Assembly: GCA_037133055.1 (NCBI GenBank)
Contig: JBAXOY010000014.1
Span: 1-39,626 of the forward strand
Direction of reading: 5' to 3'
Length of the DNA: 39,626 nt
Source of the DNA: Chlamydiota bacterium
GTDB taxonomy: Bacteria > Auribacterota > Tritonobacteria > UBA1439
Shown in pieces: positions 1 to 9,145 of this stretch. The translations under genes and the position numbers were made by a program. The notes under the pieces were generated by a model. The model saw only the letters and a program-made list of their open reading frames with translations. It was not told where the DNA came from and searched no databases. The first letter of the stretch is position 1, and every line of letters starts with the position of its first letter.

Positions 1-757
1 TGATCTCGCGGTCGTCGCCGGGGGACCATCCGAGGAGCGTCAGGAAGTTCACGAGCGCCTCGGGGAGGATCCCCTCCTCGCGGAACTGCCCGACGGAGGT
101 CGCCCCGTGCCGCTTGGAGAGCCGCGCCCCGTCGGGCCCCATGATGAGGGGCACGTGCGCGAAGAGGGGCGCGGAAAGGCCGAGCGCCTCGTAGAGGACA
201 AGCTGCTTGGGGGTGTTGCTCAGGTGGTCGTCCCCGCGGATGATGTGCGTGATCCGCATCTCGGCGTCGTCGATCGTGCAGGCAAAGTTGTAGGTCGGCG
301 TGCCGTCGGATTTCATGAGCACGAGGTCGCCCACCACGTCCGGGGAGAACGCAACCTGGCCGTGGACGAGATCGTTCACCACGATGGCGCTTCCCGGGTT
401 TTTCAGGATGATCGCGGGCTTCGCGCCCTTCTTCTCGTCCGAGGCGTATGCCTTCCCCTCCTCCACCAGGCGCTCGGCGTACGGGGCGTAGAGGTGGAAC
501 CGGTCGGACTGGAGGATCGGCCCCTCGTCCCAGTCGAGGCCGAGCCAGCGGATGTTGTCGATGATGGCGTCGACCGATTCCTGCGTCGAGCGCTGGAGGT
601 CGGTGTCCTCGATGCGGAGGACGAAGGCGCCGCCGCAGCGGCGCGCGAAGAGCCAGTTGAAAAGAGCCGTCCGCGCCCCGCCGATGTGGAGATGGCCGGT
701 GGGGCTCGGGGCGAAGCGGACGCGGATCGGAGCATCCTGCACGGGATTCACGCTCAC
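1..757 (-). CDS. gltX: Glutamate--tRNA ligase, N-terminal part (runs off the window at position 1)
   Basis: Not in the ORF track. Manual minus-strand translation from GTG at 757 gives [33 protein letters not shown], then RIEDTD, and near 110-135 [11 protein letters not shown] (class I HIGH and KMSKS-type motifs). The start overlaps the upstream TGA (GTGA). Confidence 0.95.
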   Translation of the reverse strand, partial: MSVNPVQDAPIRVRFAPSPTGHLHIGGARTALFNWLFARRCGGAFVLRIEDTDLQRSTQESVDAIIDNIRWLGLDWDEGPILQSDRFHLYAPYAERLVEEGKAYASDEKKGAKPAIILKNPGSAIVVNDLVHGQVAFSPDVVGDLVLMKSDGTPTYNFACTIDDAEMRITHIIRGDDHLSNTPKQLVLYEALGLSAPLFAHVPLIMGPDGARLSKRHGATSVGQFREEGILPEALVNFLTLLGWSPGDDREI

Positions 758-1347
758 CCGAATCCGAAGCCGCGGGTGATCTTGCTCCAGATGGCGTCGG
801 AGCTGTGGGATTCGACGAACGCCTTCCCCTCGCGAAGGGCCTGGCGGTTGACCTCGACGAGGTGCTGGCGATAGGGGGGGAGCATCTCCTCGACTGCGGC
901 GAGGGCGGTCTGCATCTGCACGATGTCCCTCTTCGCCAGGAACGCGCCCAGGGCGACCATGTTGGCCACGCGTGTGTTCCCCAGGCGGTCCGCGATGCCG
1001 GTGGCCTGGATGGCGATCATCTCGATATCCTTGCGCTTGGCCGGCCGGGAGACAAGTGAGGAGTTCACGATGAGGAGCCCCTTCTTTACGAGTATCGGCT
1101 CGAACTTGATGAGCGACGGCATGTTCATGATGATCGCGGACGTTGGGGACGCGACCACGGGCGAGTGGATCTCGTCGGAGGAGATGATGACGTTGCAGTA
1201 GGCGGTCCCGCCGCGGACCTCCGCCCCGTAGGAGGGCATGTAGGTGACGTGCCTGCCCTCCAGCATCCCGGCGTAGCAGAGCAGTTTCCCCATGAACATG
1301 ATGCCCTGCCCGCCGAAGCCGGCGATGATCACCCGCTCTTCCTGCAT
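754..1347 (-). CDS. 2-oxoacid:ferredoxin oxidoreductase gamma subunit
   Basis: C-terminal part of ORF 754..2076: [35 protein letters not shown] purine-rich RBS precedes ATG 1347. Confidence 0.92.
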   Translation of the reverse strand: MQEERVIIAGFGGQGIMFMGKLLCYAGMLEGRHVTYMPSYGAEVRGGTAYCNVIISSDEIHSPVVASPTSAIIMNMPSLIKFEPILVKKGLLIVNSSLVSRPAKRKDIEMIAIQATGIADRLGNTRVANMVALGAFLAKRDIVQMQTALAAVEEMLPPYRQHLVEVNRQALREGKAFVESHSSDAIWSKITRGFGFG

Positions 1348-1373
1348 CCCCTCACCCCCGGCCCCGCCCCGCG

Positions 1374-2129
1374 TCATTTCGCCGCGTTCTGCGCGTACAC
1401 GTTCTTGAACTGTCCGAGCGGGAACACCTCGGCCATCCTCTCGTCGATCATCTTCATCGCGACGCGCGGCTGGAGCCCCCAATACGTGGGGCAGGGCGAG
1501 AGGATCTCGACGAAGCCGAACCCCTTCCCGTCCATCTGCATCTGGAGGGCGGTTTTGATCGCGGCCTTTGTTTTCGCGACATTGCGGGGCTTTGAGACGG
1601 TGCAGCGCTCGACGAACTTCACGCCGTCGAACTGGGTGAGGAGCTCGGCGACCTTGATCGGGCTTCCCTCGTGCGCGACCGTCCGCCCCCGGGGGGAGGT
1701 TTCCGTCTTCTGGCCGATCATGGTGGTCGGGGCCATCTGGCCGCCGGTCATCCCGTAGACGCCGTTGTTCACGAAGAAGACCGTGATCCCTTCTCCCCGG
1801 TTCGCCGCGTGGATGATCTCCCCCATGCCGATGGCGGCAAGGTCCCCGTCCCCCTGGTAGGTGAAGACGATCAGGTCCGGACGCGCCCGCTTCATCCCCG
1901 TGGCGACCGCGGGCGCGCGCCCGTGGGCCGCCTCGCTCACGTCGAAGTTGAAGTAATCGTAGGCGAGCACCGCGCACCCGACAGGGGCGATACCCACCAG
2001 GCGTTCGCGGATGCCGAGCTCGTCCACCACTTCGGCGATCAGCCGGTGGACGATCCCGTGCCCGCACCCGGCGCAATAGTGCGTCTCGACGTTCTTCAGG
2101 CTCTCGGGCCGCGTTATCCTGGTTTTCAT
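1374..2129 (-). CDS. 2-oxoacid:ferredoxin oxidoreductase beta (TPP-binding) subunit
   Basis: Motifs HYCAGCGHG, YQGDGD...NNGVYGMTGGQ (TPP motif) and SPCPTYW. Confidence 0.93.
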   Translation of the reverse strand: MKTRITRPESLKNVETHYCAGCGHGIVHRLIAEVVDELGIRERLVGIAPVGCAVLAYDYFNFDVSEAAHGRAPAVATGMKRARPDLIVFTYQGDGDLAAIGMGEIIHAANRGEGITVFFVNNGVYGMTGGQMAPTTMIGQKTETSPRGRTVAHEGSPIKVAELLTQFDGVKFVERCTVSKPRNVAKTKAAIKTALQMQMDGKGFGFVEILSPCPTYWGLQPRVAMKMIDERMAEVFPLGQFKNVYAQNAAK

Positions 2130-2183
2130 ATCAGGGACTCTCTGGTGTCAGCTCGCAACTCATCATCTCCCGGCTCACTCACC

Positions 2184-2268
2184 CGAACCGGCGAACCGGC
2201 ATGTCGGCGAACCGGCGCAACCTTAAGGCTGTACAGTCGCCCACTCGCCGTTTCGCCCGCTCGCCCAT
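2184..2268. repeat. Bipartite inverted octamer-array element, copy 1
   Basis: CGAACCGG CGAACCGG CATGTCGG CGAACCGG, then a 21-nt spacer, then TCGCCCAC TCGCCGTT TCGCCCGC TCGCCCAT. Confidence 0.85.
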
Positions 2269-2272
2269 ACTT

Positions 2273-3349
2273 TTATCTTCTTTTAAGGCCGTACGCTGCG
2301 ATGGCCTTCTCGATGGCCGCGTCGACCTCGACCTTCTGGATCACCTCGCCGCCCGGCTTGCCGAGAAGGTCTATCGGGGTGGCGACACCCCGCAGCGCGA
2401 GGCGCACATCCTCGACGAGCTGCCCGGCGCTCATCTCGACCACGAGGACGGCGCGCGCAGATTTCGCGGCCGCGGCGAGCGCCGCCGAGGGGAACGGCCA
2501 GAGCGTGATGGGCCTGAAGAGGCCGACCCGGTAGCCCTTCTCCCGGCAGTCCTTCAGGGCGGCGCGGCAGGTCCGCGATGGGGTCCCGTAGGCGACCAGG
2601 AGGAGCTCCGCGTTGTCGGCCTCGAGCGCCTCATGCCGCATCTCCGCACCCTCGATCACGCGGTACTTCGCCTGGAGCTTCCTGTTGTGTTCAAGGAGCC
2701 CGTTGTCGCCGAGAATGAGCGACCGGACCTTGTTGGGGGCCCTGCCCTTGCACCCGGTGAGCGCCCAGTCTTTCCTGGGGAGTTCGGCGGAATGCTTCGC
2801 GGATATCTCCACCGGCTCCACCATCTGACCCAGGACGCCGTCGCCGAGGATCATCACCACGTTCCGGTATTTGTCGGCGAGGTCGAAGGCGAGGAACACG
2901 TGGTCCACGAGTTCCTGCACGCTCGCGGGGGCAAGGACGATCGTTTTGTAGTCGCCGTGGCCGCCGCCGCGCGTCGCCTGGAAATAGTCCGCCTGACTTG
3001 GGCCGATGTTGCCGAGCCCGGGGCCGCCCCGCATGATGTTCACGATGACCGCGGGGAGCTCGCAGCCCGCGAGGTACGAGATCCCCTCCTGCATGAGGCT
3101 TACGCCGGGGCTCGAGGACGAGGTGATCGCCCGTGCGCCGACCACGGAAGCGCCGAAGACCATGTTGATGGCGGCCACCTCGCTCTCGCTCTGCACGAAC
3201 TGCCCGTTCACCTCCGGCATCCGCCGCGACATGTAGGAGGTCACCTCGTTCTGCGGCGTGATCGGGTAGCCGAAGTAGCACCGGCATCCCGCCTCGATGG
3301 CCGCCTCGGAGAGGGCCTCGTTCCCGCACATCAAACTTTTCTTCGCCAT
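2273..3349 (-). CDS. vorB: 2-oxoacid:ferredoxin oxidoreductase alpha subunit (VorB-like)
   Basis: Motifs GNEALSEAA, FGYPITPQNE, QSESEVAA, TSSSSPG, RGGPGLGNIGPSQADY and GGGHGDY. Start taken at ATG 3349 (MAKKSLM). Confidence 0.88.
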   Translation of the reverse strand: MAKKSLMCGNEALSEAAIEAGCRCYFGYPITPQNEVTSYMSRRMPEVNGQFVQSESEVAAINMVFGASVVGARAITSSSSPGVSLMQEGISYLAGCELPAVIVNIMRGGPGLGNIGPSQADYFQATRGGGHGDYKTIVLAPASVQELVDHVFLAFDLADKYRNVVMILGDGVLGQMVEPVEISAKHSAELPRKDWALTGCKGRAPNKVRSLILGDNGLLEHNRKLQAKYRVIEGAEMRHEALEADNAELLLVAYGTPSRTCRAALKDCREKGYRVGLFRPITLWPFPSAALAAAAKSARAVLVVEMSAGQLVEDVRLALRGVATPIDLLGKPGGEVIQKVEVDAAIEKAIAAYGLKRR

Positions 3350-3399
3350 AATTGACACCGCCTACCCTTGCGCATCCGGCTTCGTCGTATTCCCGCGTG

Positions 3400-3517
3400 G
3401 GATTTGTCCGCCATACGGCGGGACTGCCCGCCCCACCATACGGCGGGGCACTACGCCTTTATGGCGGGCTGGATTTGTCCGGCGGAACCGGCTCCGCCGG
3501 ATCCGCCTTCGGCGGAG
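3400..3517. repeat. Cluster of REP-like CCGCC-loop-GGCGG palindromes
   Basis: Five hairpins at 3406-3424, 3430-3449, 3454-3466, 3478-3501 and 3502-3516. GGATTTGTCC occurs at 3400 and 3471. Confidence 0.7.
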
Positions 3518-3734
3518 GAAGTTGAATTTCCTCCCTTTCCACCTCGACGATAACCTCGGGGCACATGACGGCGCAGAGGCCGCATCCCGTGCAGTCCTCG
3601 AGGCGCGCGGGCTGCGCGAAGTGGACCCCCTTGTCGTTCAGGGATTTCGACATCGCGATGACGCCTTGAGGGCACGACTCGACGCAAAGCTCGCACCCCT
3701 TGCACCGCTGGGTATCTATGGTGACCTTAGCCAT
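3459..3734 (-). CDS. 2[4Fe-4S] ferredoxin / oxidoreductase delta subunit
   Basis: CKGCELCVESCP and CTGCGLCAVMCP motifs; first gene of the oxidoreductase cluster. Confidence 0.92.
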   Translation of the reverse strand: MAKVTIDTQRCKGCELCVESCPQGVIAMSKSLNDKGVHFAQPARLEDCTGCGLCAVMCPEVIVEVEREEIQLPPPKADPAEPVPPDKSSPP

Positions 3735-4626
3735 GCAGCGACCGCCCCCCCCAGTGAAGCTTCTCCCTCAGAAGCTGGTAATGCGTTCTGCGAGGCGACG
3801 CGAGGAGCGTGAGTCTCGTCTCAGCCCCCGCGACCGCGACCTCGTCGCCATCCCTGAGCGCCTCGCTCACCTGGCCGTCGAGCGTGAGCGTCGCGTCGCG
3901 TCCCCGCGTCGACACGCGGACCCGCACCGCTTTTGCTCCGGGCACGATCAGGGGCCTGTTCGTGAGCATGTGGGGACAGATCGGCGTGACCATTATAGCA
4001 TCCATATCGGGGCTGACAAGGGCCCCGCCCGCGGAAAGCGAATACGCGGTCGACCCGGTGGGGCTCGATATGATGAGCCCGTCCGAGACATAGGAGACAA
4101 GGTACTCATCGCCGATGTAGGTCTCGAGCGCCATGAGCCGCGACACGGCCCCCTTCGCGATCACCGCGTCGTTCAGGGCGACGTGCGCGCTCATCTCCTT
4201 CCCGCCGCGTGTGAGGGAGACCCTGAGCATCATCCGCTCTTCGGCGCGGCAGTTCCCCTCAAGCGCCGCCTCGATGCATTCAGGGGCCCCCGGGCGCGCC
4301 GACGCCGTGAGAAACCCGAGACCGCCAAGGTTGATGCCGAGGAGAGGGATTCGGGATCCGGCGATGAGCCGGGCGGCTTTAAGGACGGTGCCGTCCCCCC
4401 CGACGCTCACCGCGAGGTCCGCCTCCGCCCTCAGGCCGGCCTCGTCCCTGGCGATCTCGCCCTCCCCGAGCAGACAGGCGGTCTCGGGGTCGGCGACGAT
4501 GCGCACACCGCGCGCGCGCAGGATTCCGGCGATCTCCGAGGCCGCGTCGCGCGCCTCTTTTTTGCGCACGTTCACCACAAGGGCGACGGTGCGGAATTCA
4601 GGGCGCTCGGCGCGTCGTGCGCTCAT
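3727..4626 (-). CDS. nadK: NAD(+) kinase
   Basis: Motifs VGGDGT, GINLGGLGFL, ALND and DGLIISSPTGSTAYSLSAGG. ATG 4626 overlaps the tlyA stop (ATGA). Confidence 0.95.
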   Translation of the reverse strand: MSARRAERPEFRTVALVVNVRKKEARDAASEIAGILRARGVRIVADPETACLLGEGEIARDEAGLRAEADLAVSVGGDGTVLKAARLIAGSRIPLLGINLGGLGFLTASARPGAPECIEAALEGNCRAEERMMLRVSLTRGGKEMSAHVALNDAVIAKGAVSRLMALETYIGDEYLVSYVSDGLIISSPTGSTAYSLSAGGALVSPDMDAIMVTPICPHMLTNRPLIVPGAKAVRVRVSTRGRDATLTLDGQVSEALRDGDEVAVAGAETRLTLLASPRRTHYQLLREKLHWGGRSLHG

Positions 4627-5351
4627 GGTTTCCTCGCATGGATAAAAAACTCTTTGTTGCCCGCCGGCCCGATGAGCGGGGACTCCATGATCCCGCGGAT
4701 ATCGAGCCCGCACTCCTCACACATCGCGCAAGCCCGCCAGACGACGCGCGTGTGTATCCGCCCATCCCTGACCACGCCGCCCTTCCCCACCTCGCGGCGG
4801 CCCGCCTCGAACTGGGGCTTGACGAGGGCCACCATATCCGCGCCCCGCTCCATGATCCCGGCGAGGGCGGGGACGACCCTGTCGAGAGAGATGAAGGAGA
4901 CGTCGACGGTGACCAGTTCCGCCCCGTGCGGGAGGTCCTCCCTCCCGAGGTATCGCGCGTTCGTCCTCTCGCGCACGGTGACGCGCGGGTCTTCCCGCAG
5001 ACGCTGGGCGAGCTGCCCGCGCCCCACATCGACGGCGGTGACGGCGGCGGCGCCGGCCTGGAGAAGGCAGTCGGTGAAGCCCCCGGTCGACGCCCCGATA
5101 TCGAGGCACTTCCTGCCCGCAACGGGGACACGGAACTTCTCGATCGCGGCGGCGAGCTTTTCCCCCCCTCGTCCGACAAAGCGCTCGCGCGCGGCGACGG
5201 TGACCGTGCACCCGGTGTCGAACGATTTCCCGGGCTTGTCCGCCCGCGCGCCGTCGACGCTCACCACCCCCGCCATGACGGCGCGCCGGGCCTTCTCCCC
5301 GCTCTCGAAAAGCCCCCTCTCCACCAGCAGCCTGTCAAGTCGTGTTTTCAT
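4623..5351 (-). CDS. tlyA: TlyA family RNA methyltransferase
   Basis: S4-like N-terminus RLDRLLVERGL; motifs FVGRGGEKL, LDIGASTGGFTDCLL, DVSFISL, LVKPQFE and GNKEF. Confidence 0.95.
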   Translation of the reverse strand: MKTRLDRLLVERGLFESGEKARRAVMAGVVSVDGARADKPGKSFDTGCTVTVAARERFVGRGGEKLAAAIEKFRVPVAGRKCLDIGASTGGFTDCLLQAGAAAVTAVDVGRGQLAQRLREDPRVTVRERTNARYLGREDLPHGAELVTVDVSFISLDRVVPALAGIMERGADMVALVKPQFEAGRREVGKGGVVRDGRIHTRVVWRACAMCEECGLDIRGIMESPLIGPAGNKEFFIHARKP

Positions 5352-5364
5352 GCCACACGGTATA

Positions 5365-5404
5365 GAGCTATCGAGCGATCAAGCTATCGAGCGATTGAGC
5401 GAAA
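5365..5404. repeat. Tandem 8-bp array (5 units, alternating) between dxs and tlyA
   Basis: GAGCTATC GAGCGATC AAGCTATC GAGCGATT GAGCGAAA. Confidence 0.8.
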
Positions 5405-5412
5405 ACGAGGGG

Positions 5413-7296
5413 TCAGGGTTTCCAGAAGCGCTCCATGATCCTGCGGGCGACCGAGGCCGCGTCCAGGCCGAGCGCCGCCATGACCTCGCCCCTTCCACCC
5501 TGCTCGACATAGCCGTCCCCGATCCCAAGGGTCAGGACCTCGGAGTCCCGGACCCCCTCCGCCGACAGGAGCTCGAGCACGGCGCTCCCGAATCCTCCCT
5601 CCAGTGCGTTCTCCTCGATCGTGACGAGCCTGCCGGTCTTCCGCGCCGCGGCGAGGATCGCGTCCCGGTCGAGCGGCTTCACGAACCGCGCGTCGAGTAC
5701 GCCCGCGCTCCTTCCCTTCTCCGCGAGGCGCGCGGCGGCATCCTCCGCGATGCGCACCATCGGCCCGACCGCCATAAGCACGACGTCCGCCCCGTCCCTG
5801 ACCGCGCGGGCCTTCCCCGGGCACAGCGGTTGCGCCGCCCCCCCCTCCCGCGCGGGCACGGCCGTTCCCTTCGGATACACGATCGCGCAGGGCCCCCCGG
5901 ACGCAATCGCCCAGGCGAGCATCTCCCGGAGAACCCCCGCGTCCGAAGGGGCCATAAGCGTGAGGTTGGGGATATGCCTGAGGAAGGAGAGGGTGAACTG
6001 TCCCGAATGGGTCGGGCCGTCGGAGCCGACGATGCCCGCGTGGTCCACGACGAGGACAACCGGAAGGTTCTGGAGGCAGACATCATGGATGATTTGATCG
6101 TAGGCCCGCTGGAGGAAGGTCGCGTACATGGCGACCACCGGCGTGCAGCCGCCCGCGGCGAGGCCGCCCGCGAAGGTGACCGCGTGCTCCTCGGCGATCC
6201 CCACGTCGAAAAAGCGGCGGGGGAACTCCTTCGCGAATTCCGCAAGCCCCGTCCCCCCCGACATCGCCGCGGTGATCGCGATGACCGCGGGGTCGCGCCG
6301 GGCGATCACGGCGAGTGCCTCGCCCATCACCTCCGCCCAGCCCTGGCCCCCGTTCTCCGCCTTCGGCCTTCCGGTGCCGATGTCGAAGGGACTTGTCCCG
6401 TGGAAATATTCCGGGTGCTGCTCGGCGTGCACATACCCCTTCCCCTTGACGGTGCGCACGTGGAGGATGAGCGGCTGGTCGATCTTCTTCAGCCGCTGCA
6501 GCATGTCCACCAGCTTCGGGATGTCGTGGCCGTCCACCGGGCCGAAGTAGCGGAACCCGATCTCCTCGAAGACGATCCCCGGGACGATCAGGTTCTTAAG
6601 GCTCTCCTCAATCCGCCGTGCCGTGTCCAGCATCCGGTCGCCGACGCCCGGGATCCCCTTCACGATCGCCTGCATGTCCGACCGCACCTTGTTGTAGATC
6701 GGGGAGGTCATGATCCTGTTCAGGTAGGCGGAAATAGCGCCGACGTTGCGGGAGATGGACATCGCGTTGTCGTTGAGGATCACGAGGAGGTTCTTCGCCC
6801 GGTGCCCCGCGTTGTTGAGCCCCTCGTAGCAGAGCCCCCCCGTAAGGGAGCCGTCGCCGATGACCGCGACGACCTTCTCGGCCCCCCCGCGGAGGTCGCG
6901 GGCGGCGACCAGGCCGAGGGCGGCGGAGACGGCGGTGCTCGCGTGCCCCGCGCCGAACGGGTCGTACTCGCTCTCCGCGCGGCGGGGGAACCCCGCGATG
7001 CCCCCCGCGCGCCGCAGCGTGTCGAAGGCCGCATTCCGCCCGGTGAGCACCTTGTGCGCGTAGGCCTGGTGGCCCACATCCCACACGATCCTGTCGCGCG
7101 GGGTATCAAAGACGTAGTGGAGCGCAATCGTGAGTTCCACGGCCCCCAGGCTCGAGGCGAGGTGCCCCCCGTTGGCGGCGACGACCCCGATCAGGCGCTC
7201 GCGCACCTCGCGGGCGACATCCGCGAGCTCGCGCACGGAGAGCTGCCGGAGGTCGTCGGGGGACTCGATCTGGTCAAGATATCGCGGCATATGCAT
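5413..7296 (-). CDS. dxs: 1-deoxy-D-xylulose-5-phosphate synthase
   Basis: Motifs GGHLASSLGAVEL, WDVGHQAYAHKVLTGR, IGDGSLTGG, DVGIAEEHAV and TFLQRAYDQ. Confidence 0.97.
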   Translation of the reverse strand: MHMPRYLDQIESPDDLRQLSVRELADVAREVRERLIGVVAANGGHLASSLGAVELTIALHYVFDTPRDRIVWDVGHQAYAHKVLTGRNAAFDTLRRAGGIAGFPRRAESEYDPFGAGHASTAVSAALGLVAARDLRGGAEKVVAVIGDGSLTGGLCYEGLNNAGHRAKNLLVILNDNAMSISRNVGAISAYLNRIMTSPIYNKVRSDMQAIVKGIPGVGDRMLDTARRIEESLKNLIVPGIVFEEIGFRYFGPVDGHDIPKLVDMLQRLKKIDQPLILHVRTVKGKGYVHAEQHPEYFHGTSPFDIGTGRPKAENGGQGWAEVMGEALAVIARRDPAVIAITAAMSGGTGLAEFAKEFPRRFFDVGIAEEHAVTFAGGLAAGGCTPVVAMYATFLQRAYDQIIHDVCLQNLPVVLVVDHAGIVGSDGPTHSGQFTLSFLRHIPNLTLMAPSDAGVLREMLAWAIASGGPCAIVYPKGTAVPAREGGAAQPLCPGKARAVRDGADVVLMAVGPMVRIAEDAAARLAEKGRSAGVLDARFVKPLDRDAILAAARKTGRLVTIEENALEGGFGSAVLELLSAEGVRDSEVLTLGIGDGYVEQGGRGEVMAALGLDAASVARRIMERFWKP

Positions 7297-7332
7297 CGGG
7301 CTCCATGGCGTGCCCCGGGGGGGAAGCCGTCG

Positions 7333-7360
7333 AAATCCAAAATCCCAAATCCCAAATCCT
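7333..7360. repeat. Heptamer tandem array (AAATCCC x4), copy 1
   Basis: AAATCCA AAATCCC AAATCCC AAATCCT between xseB and dxs. Confidence 0.85.
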
Positions 7361-7368
7361 AAAAATAG

Positions 7369-7686
7369 TCACAGAAGAAACTGCTCCTCTTCGCGATTTC
7401 GCCTCTTCGCGGGGCTCGGGGGCGCCTCACGGGCGTCCTCGCCGCCGGCATCCGGAGCAAACTGTCTCACCGTCTCCTCACCGGACTCCCCCTTCGAGAG
7501 GATCTCGATCTTTTTCTCCGCGGCGTCAAGCGTCTGACTGCAGAACCTGGTGAGCCTGACCCCCTCTTCGTAGCGCTCGAGCGCCTGTTCGAGGGGCAGG
7601 CTCCCCTTCTCCATGGCCGCCACGATCTCCTCGATCCGCTTCAGCGACTCCTCGAACTCCGGTTTTTTCTCTTTTTCCTTTACCAT
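7369..7686 (-). CDS. xseB: Exodeoxyribonuclease VII small subunit
   Basis: FEESLKRIEEIVAAMEKGSLPLEQALERYEEG...LDAAEKKIEIL; GGAGGA before ATG 7686; adjacent to xseA. Confidence 0.93.
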   Translation of the reverse strand: MVKEKEKKPEFEESLKRIEEIVAAMEKGSLPLEQALERYEEGVRLTRFCSQTLDAAEKKIEILSKGESGEETVRQFAPDAGGEDAREAPPSPAKRRNREEEQFLL

Positions 7687-7742
7687 CTCGATCCTCCGAG
7701 TGCCTGTCCATCCGTGCCCGATCGCCCTCACATTCTTTCACA

Positions 7743-7762
7743 CGCCCGCTCGCCCTTTCATT
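7743..7762. repeat. Isolated right arm of the octamer-array element
   Basis: CGCCCGCTCGCCCTTTCATT is identical to the right end of copy 3 (12470-12489). Confidence 0.65.
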
Positions 7763-7779
7763 GTACCCCTCGCACACCC

Positions 7780-8991
7780 TCAGTCAATGATTTCGTTCAC
7801 CGAGGCGGTGAAACCGCCCCGGGCCAGCTTCAGGCGCACCACATCGCCCGGGCGCACCTGCGATGACCCGGTGACCACCGCCCCATCCCGCTCCCTGAAC
7901 ACCACGCTGTAGCCCCTGGAAAGGATCGCGACGGGGCTCAAGGACTCGAGCTTCCCGGCGATGCCGGAAAGCCCGGCGCGCCCGAGCTCGAGCCGGTGCC
8001 GGAACGAGCGCCCGAGCCTCCCCTCGAGCTCATCGAGAAGCTGCTGATACTGCCGGACGACGTTCTCCGGGGCCTGGAGAACATAGCTCTGCGCGCACAC
8101 GATAAGGCGGCGCCGGAGCTCCGCGACCATCGCCCTCGCCGACGCCGAGATCCGGGAGGAGAGCGCCGCGAGTTTCTCCTGCAGCTCGGACTTCCTCGCG
8201 ACCACGAGCTCAGCGGCGGCGGAGGGAGTCGGGACACGGAGGTCCGCGACGAAATCGGCGATGGTGAAATCGATCTCGTGACCGACGGCCGAGATCACCG
8301 GTATCCGCGAGCGGGCGATTGCGCGGGCTACCGGCTCCTCGTTGAAGGCCCACAGGTCCTCGATCGATCCCCCCCCGCGCGTGACGATGATCACGTCCAC
8401 ATCCGCCCTGCGGTTCAACCCGTCGATCGCCGCGACGACCTCCGCGGCGGCCGTCTCGCCCTGCACGCGCACCGGGCTTATGAGGATGCGCACATTCGCG
8501 AAGCGGCGCTCGATGACGCTCAGGATGTCGCGGATCGCCGCGCCCGAGGGAGAGGTCACGATGCCGATGCTCCGGGGAAGGAGGGGGATCGGCCTCTTCC
8601 GCGCGGGATCGAAGAGGCCCTCCTCCCGGAGGCGGGCCTTCATCTGCTCGAACGCGAGCTGGAGCGCCCCCACACCCTTCGGCTCGATCTCCGAGACCGT
8701 GAGCTGGTAGCGCCCCCCCTTCTCGTACACGGAGATGTCGCCTAAGGCGACCACCTGGAGCCCGTCCCTGAGCTCGAACCTCGTCCGCATCGCCTGGGAC
8801 CGGTAGAGCACCGCCTGGAGCTGGCTCTCCTCGTCTTTCAGGGTGAAGTAGAGATGGCCGGAGCCGGGTCGACGGACATTGGAGACCTCCCCCTCGACCC
8901 ACACTCCGGGAAATCGGCCCTCGAGAAGGACCTTGATCTCCCGGGTGATTTCCGCGATGCGGTATATCTTCCGGCCCGGGGCCTGTGCCAT
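7780..8991 (-). CDS. xseA: Exodeoxyribonuclease VII large subunit
   Basis: Motifs VWVEGEVSN, SGHLYFTLKD, RGGGSIEDLWAFNEE and SAVGHEIDFTIADFVADLRVPTPSAAAE. Confidence 0.96.
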   Translation of the reverse strand: MAQAPGRKIYRIAEITREIKVLLEGRFPGVWVEGEVSNVRRPGSGHLYFTLKDEESQLQAVLYRSQAMRTRFELRDGLQVVALGDISVYEKGGRYQLTVSEIEPKGVGALQLAFEQMKARLREEGLFDPARKRPIPLLPRSIGIVTSPSGAAIRDILSVIERRFANVRILISPVRVQGETAAAEVVAAIDGLNRRADVDVIIVTRGGGSIEDLWAFNEEPVARAIARSRIPVISAVGHEIDFTIADFVADLRVPTPSAAAELVVARKSELQEKLAALSSRISASARAMVAELRRRLIVCAQSYVLQAPENVVRQYQQLLDELEGRLGRSFRHRLELGRAGLSGIAGKLESLSPVAILSRGYSVVFRERDGAVVTGSSQVRPGDVVRLKLARGGFTASVNEIID

Positions 8992-9041
8992 GTGCCCACT
9001 CTCTCCCCTGTTCAACCACGCATCATCGGCCTGGATACATC

Positions 9042-9124
9042 TGAAACGGCGAGCGGGCGAACCGGCGAACGGGTGACATCAAAGCTTTAAAGTCGCCTAC
9101 TCGCCCTTTCGCCCGATCGCCGGT
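9042..9124. repeat. Bipartite inverted octamer-array element, copy 2
   Basis: TGAAACGG CGAGCGGG CGAACCGG CGAACGGG, then a 19-nt spacer, then TCGCCTAC TCGCCCTT TCGCCCGA TCGCCGGT, followed by TCATTTTTTA. Confidence 0.85.
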
Positions 9125-9145
9125 TCATTTTTTATCCACACTCCC

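Noticed and set aside
107..874. 255-aa plus-strand ORF
   Set aside because: Antisense to gltX, which is the real gene here.
3700..7362. 1220-aa plus-strand ORF
   Set aside because: Antisense shadow of nadK-tlyA-dxs caused by high-GC codon bias; Arg/Pro/Ala-rich with no motifs.
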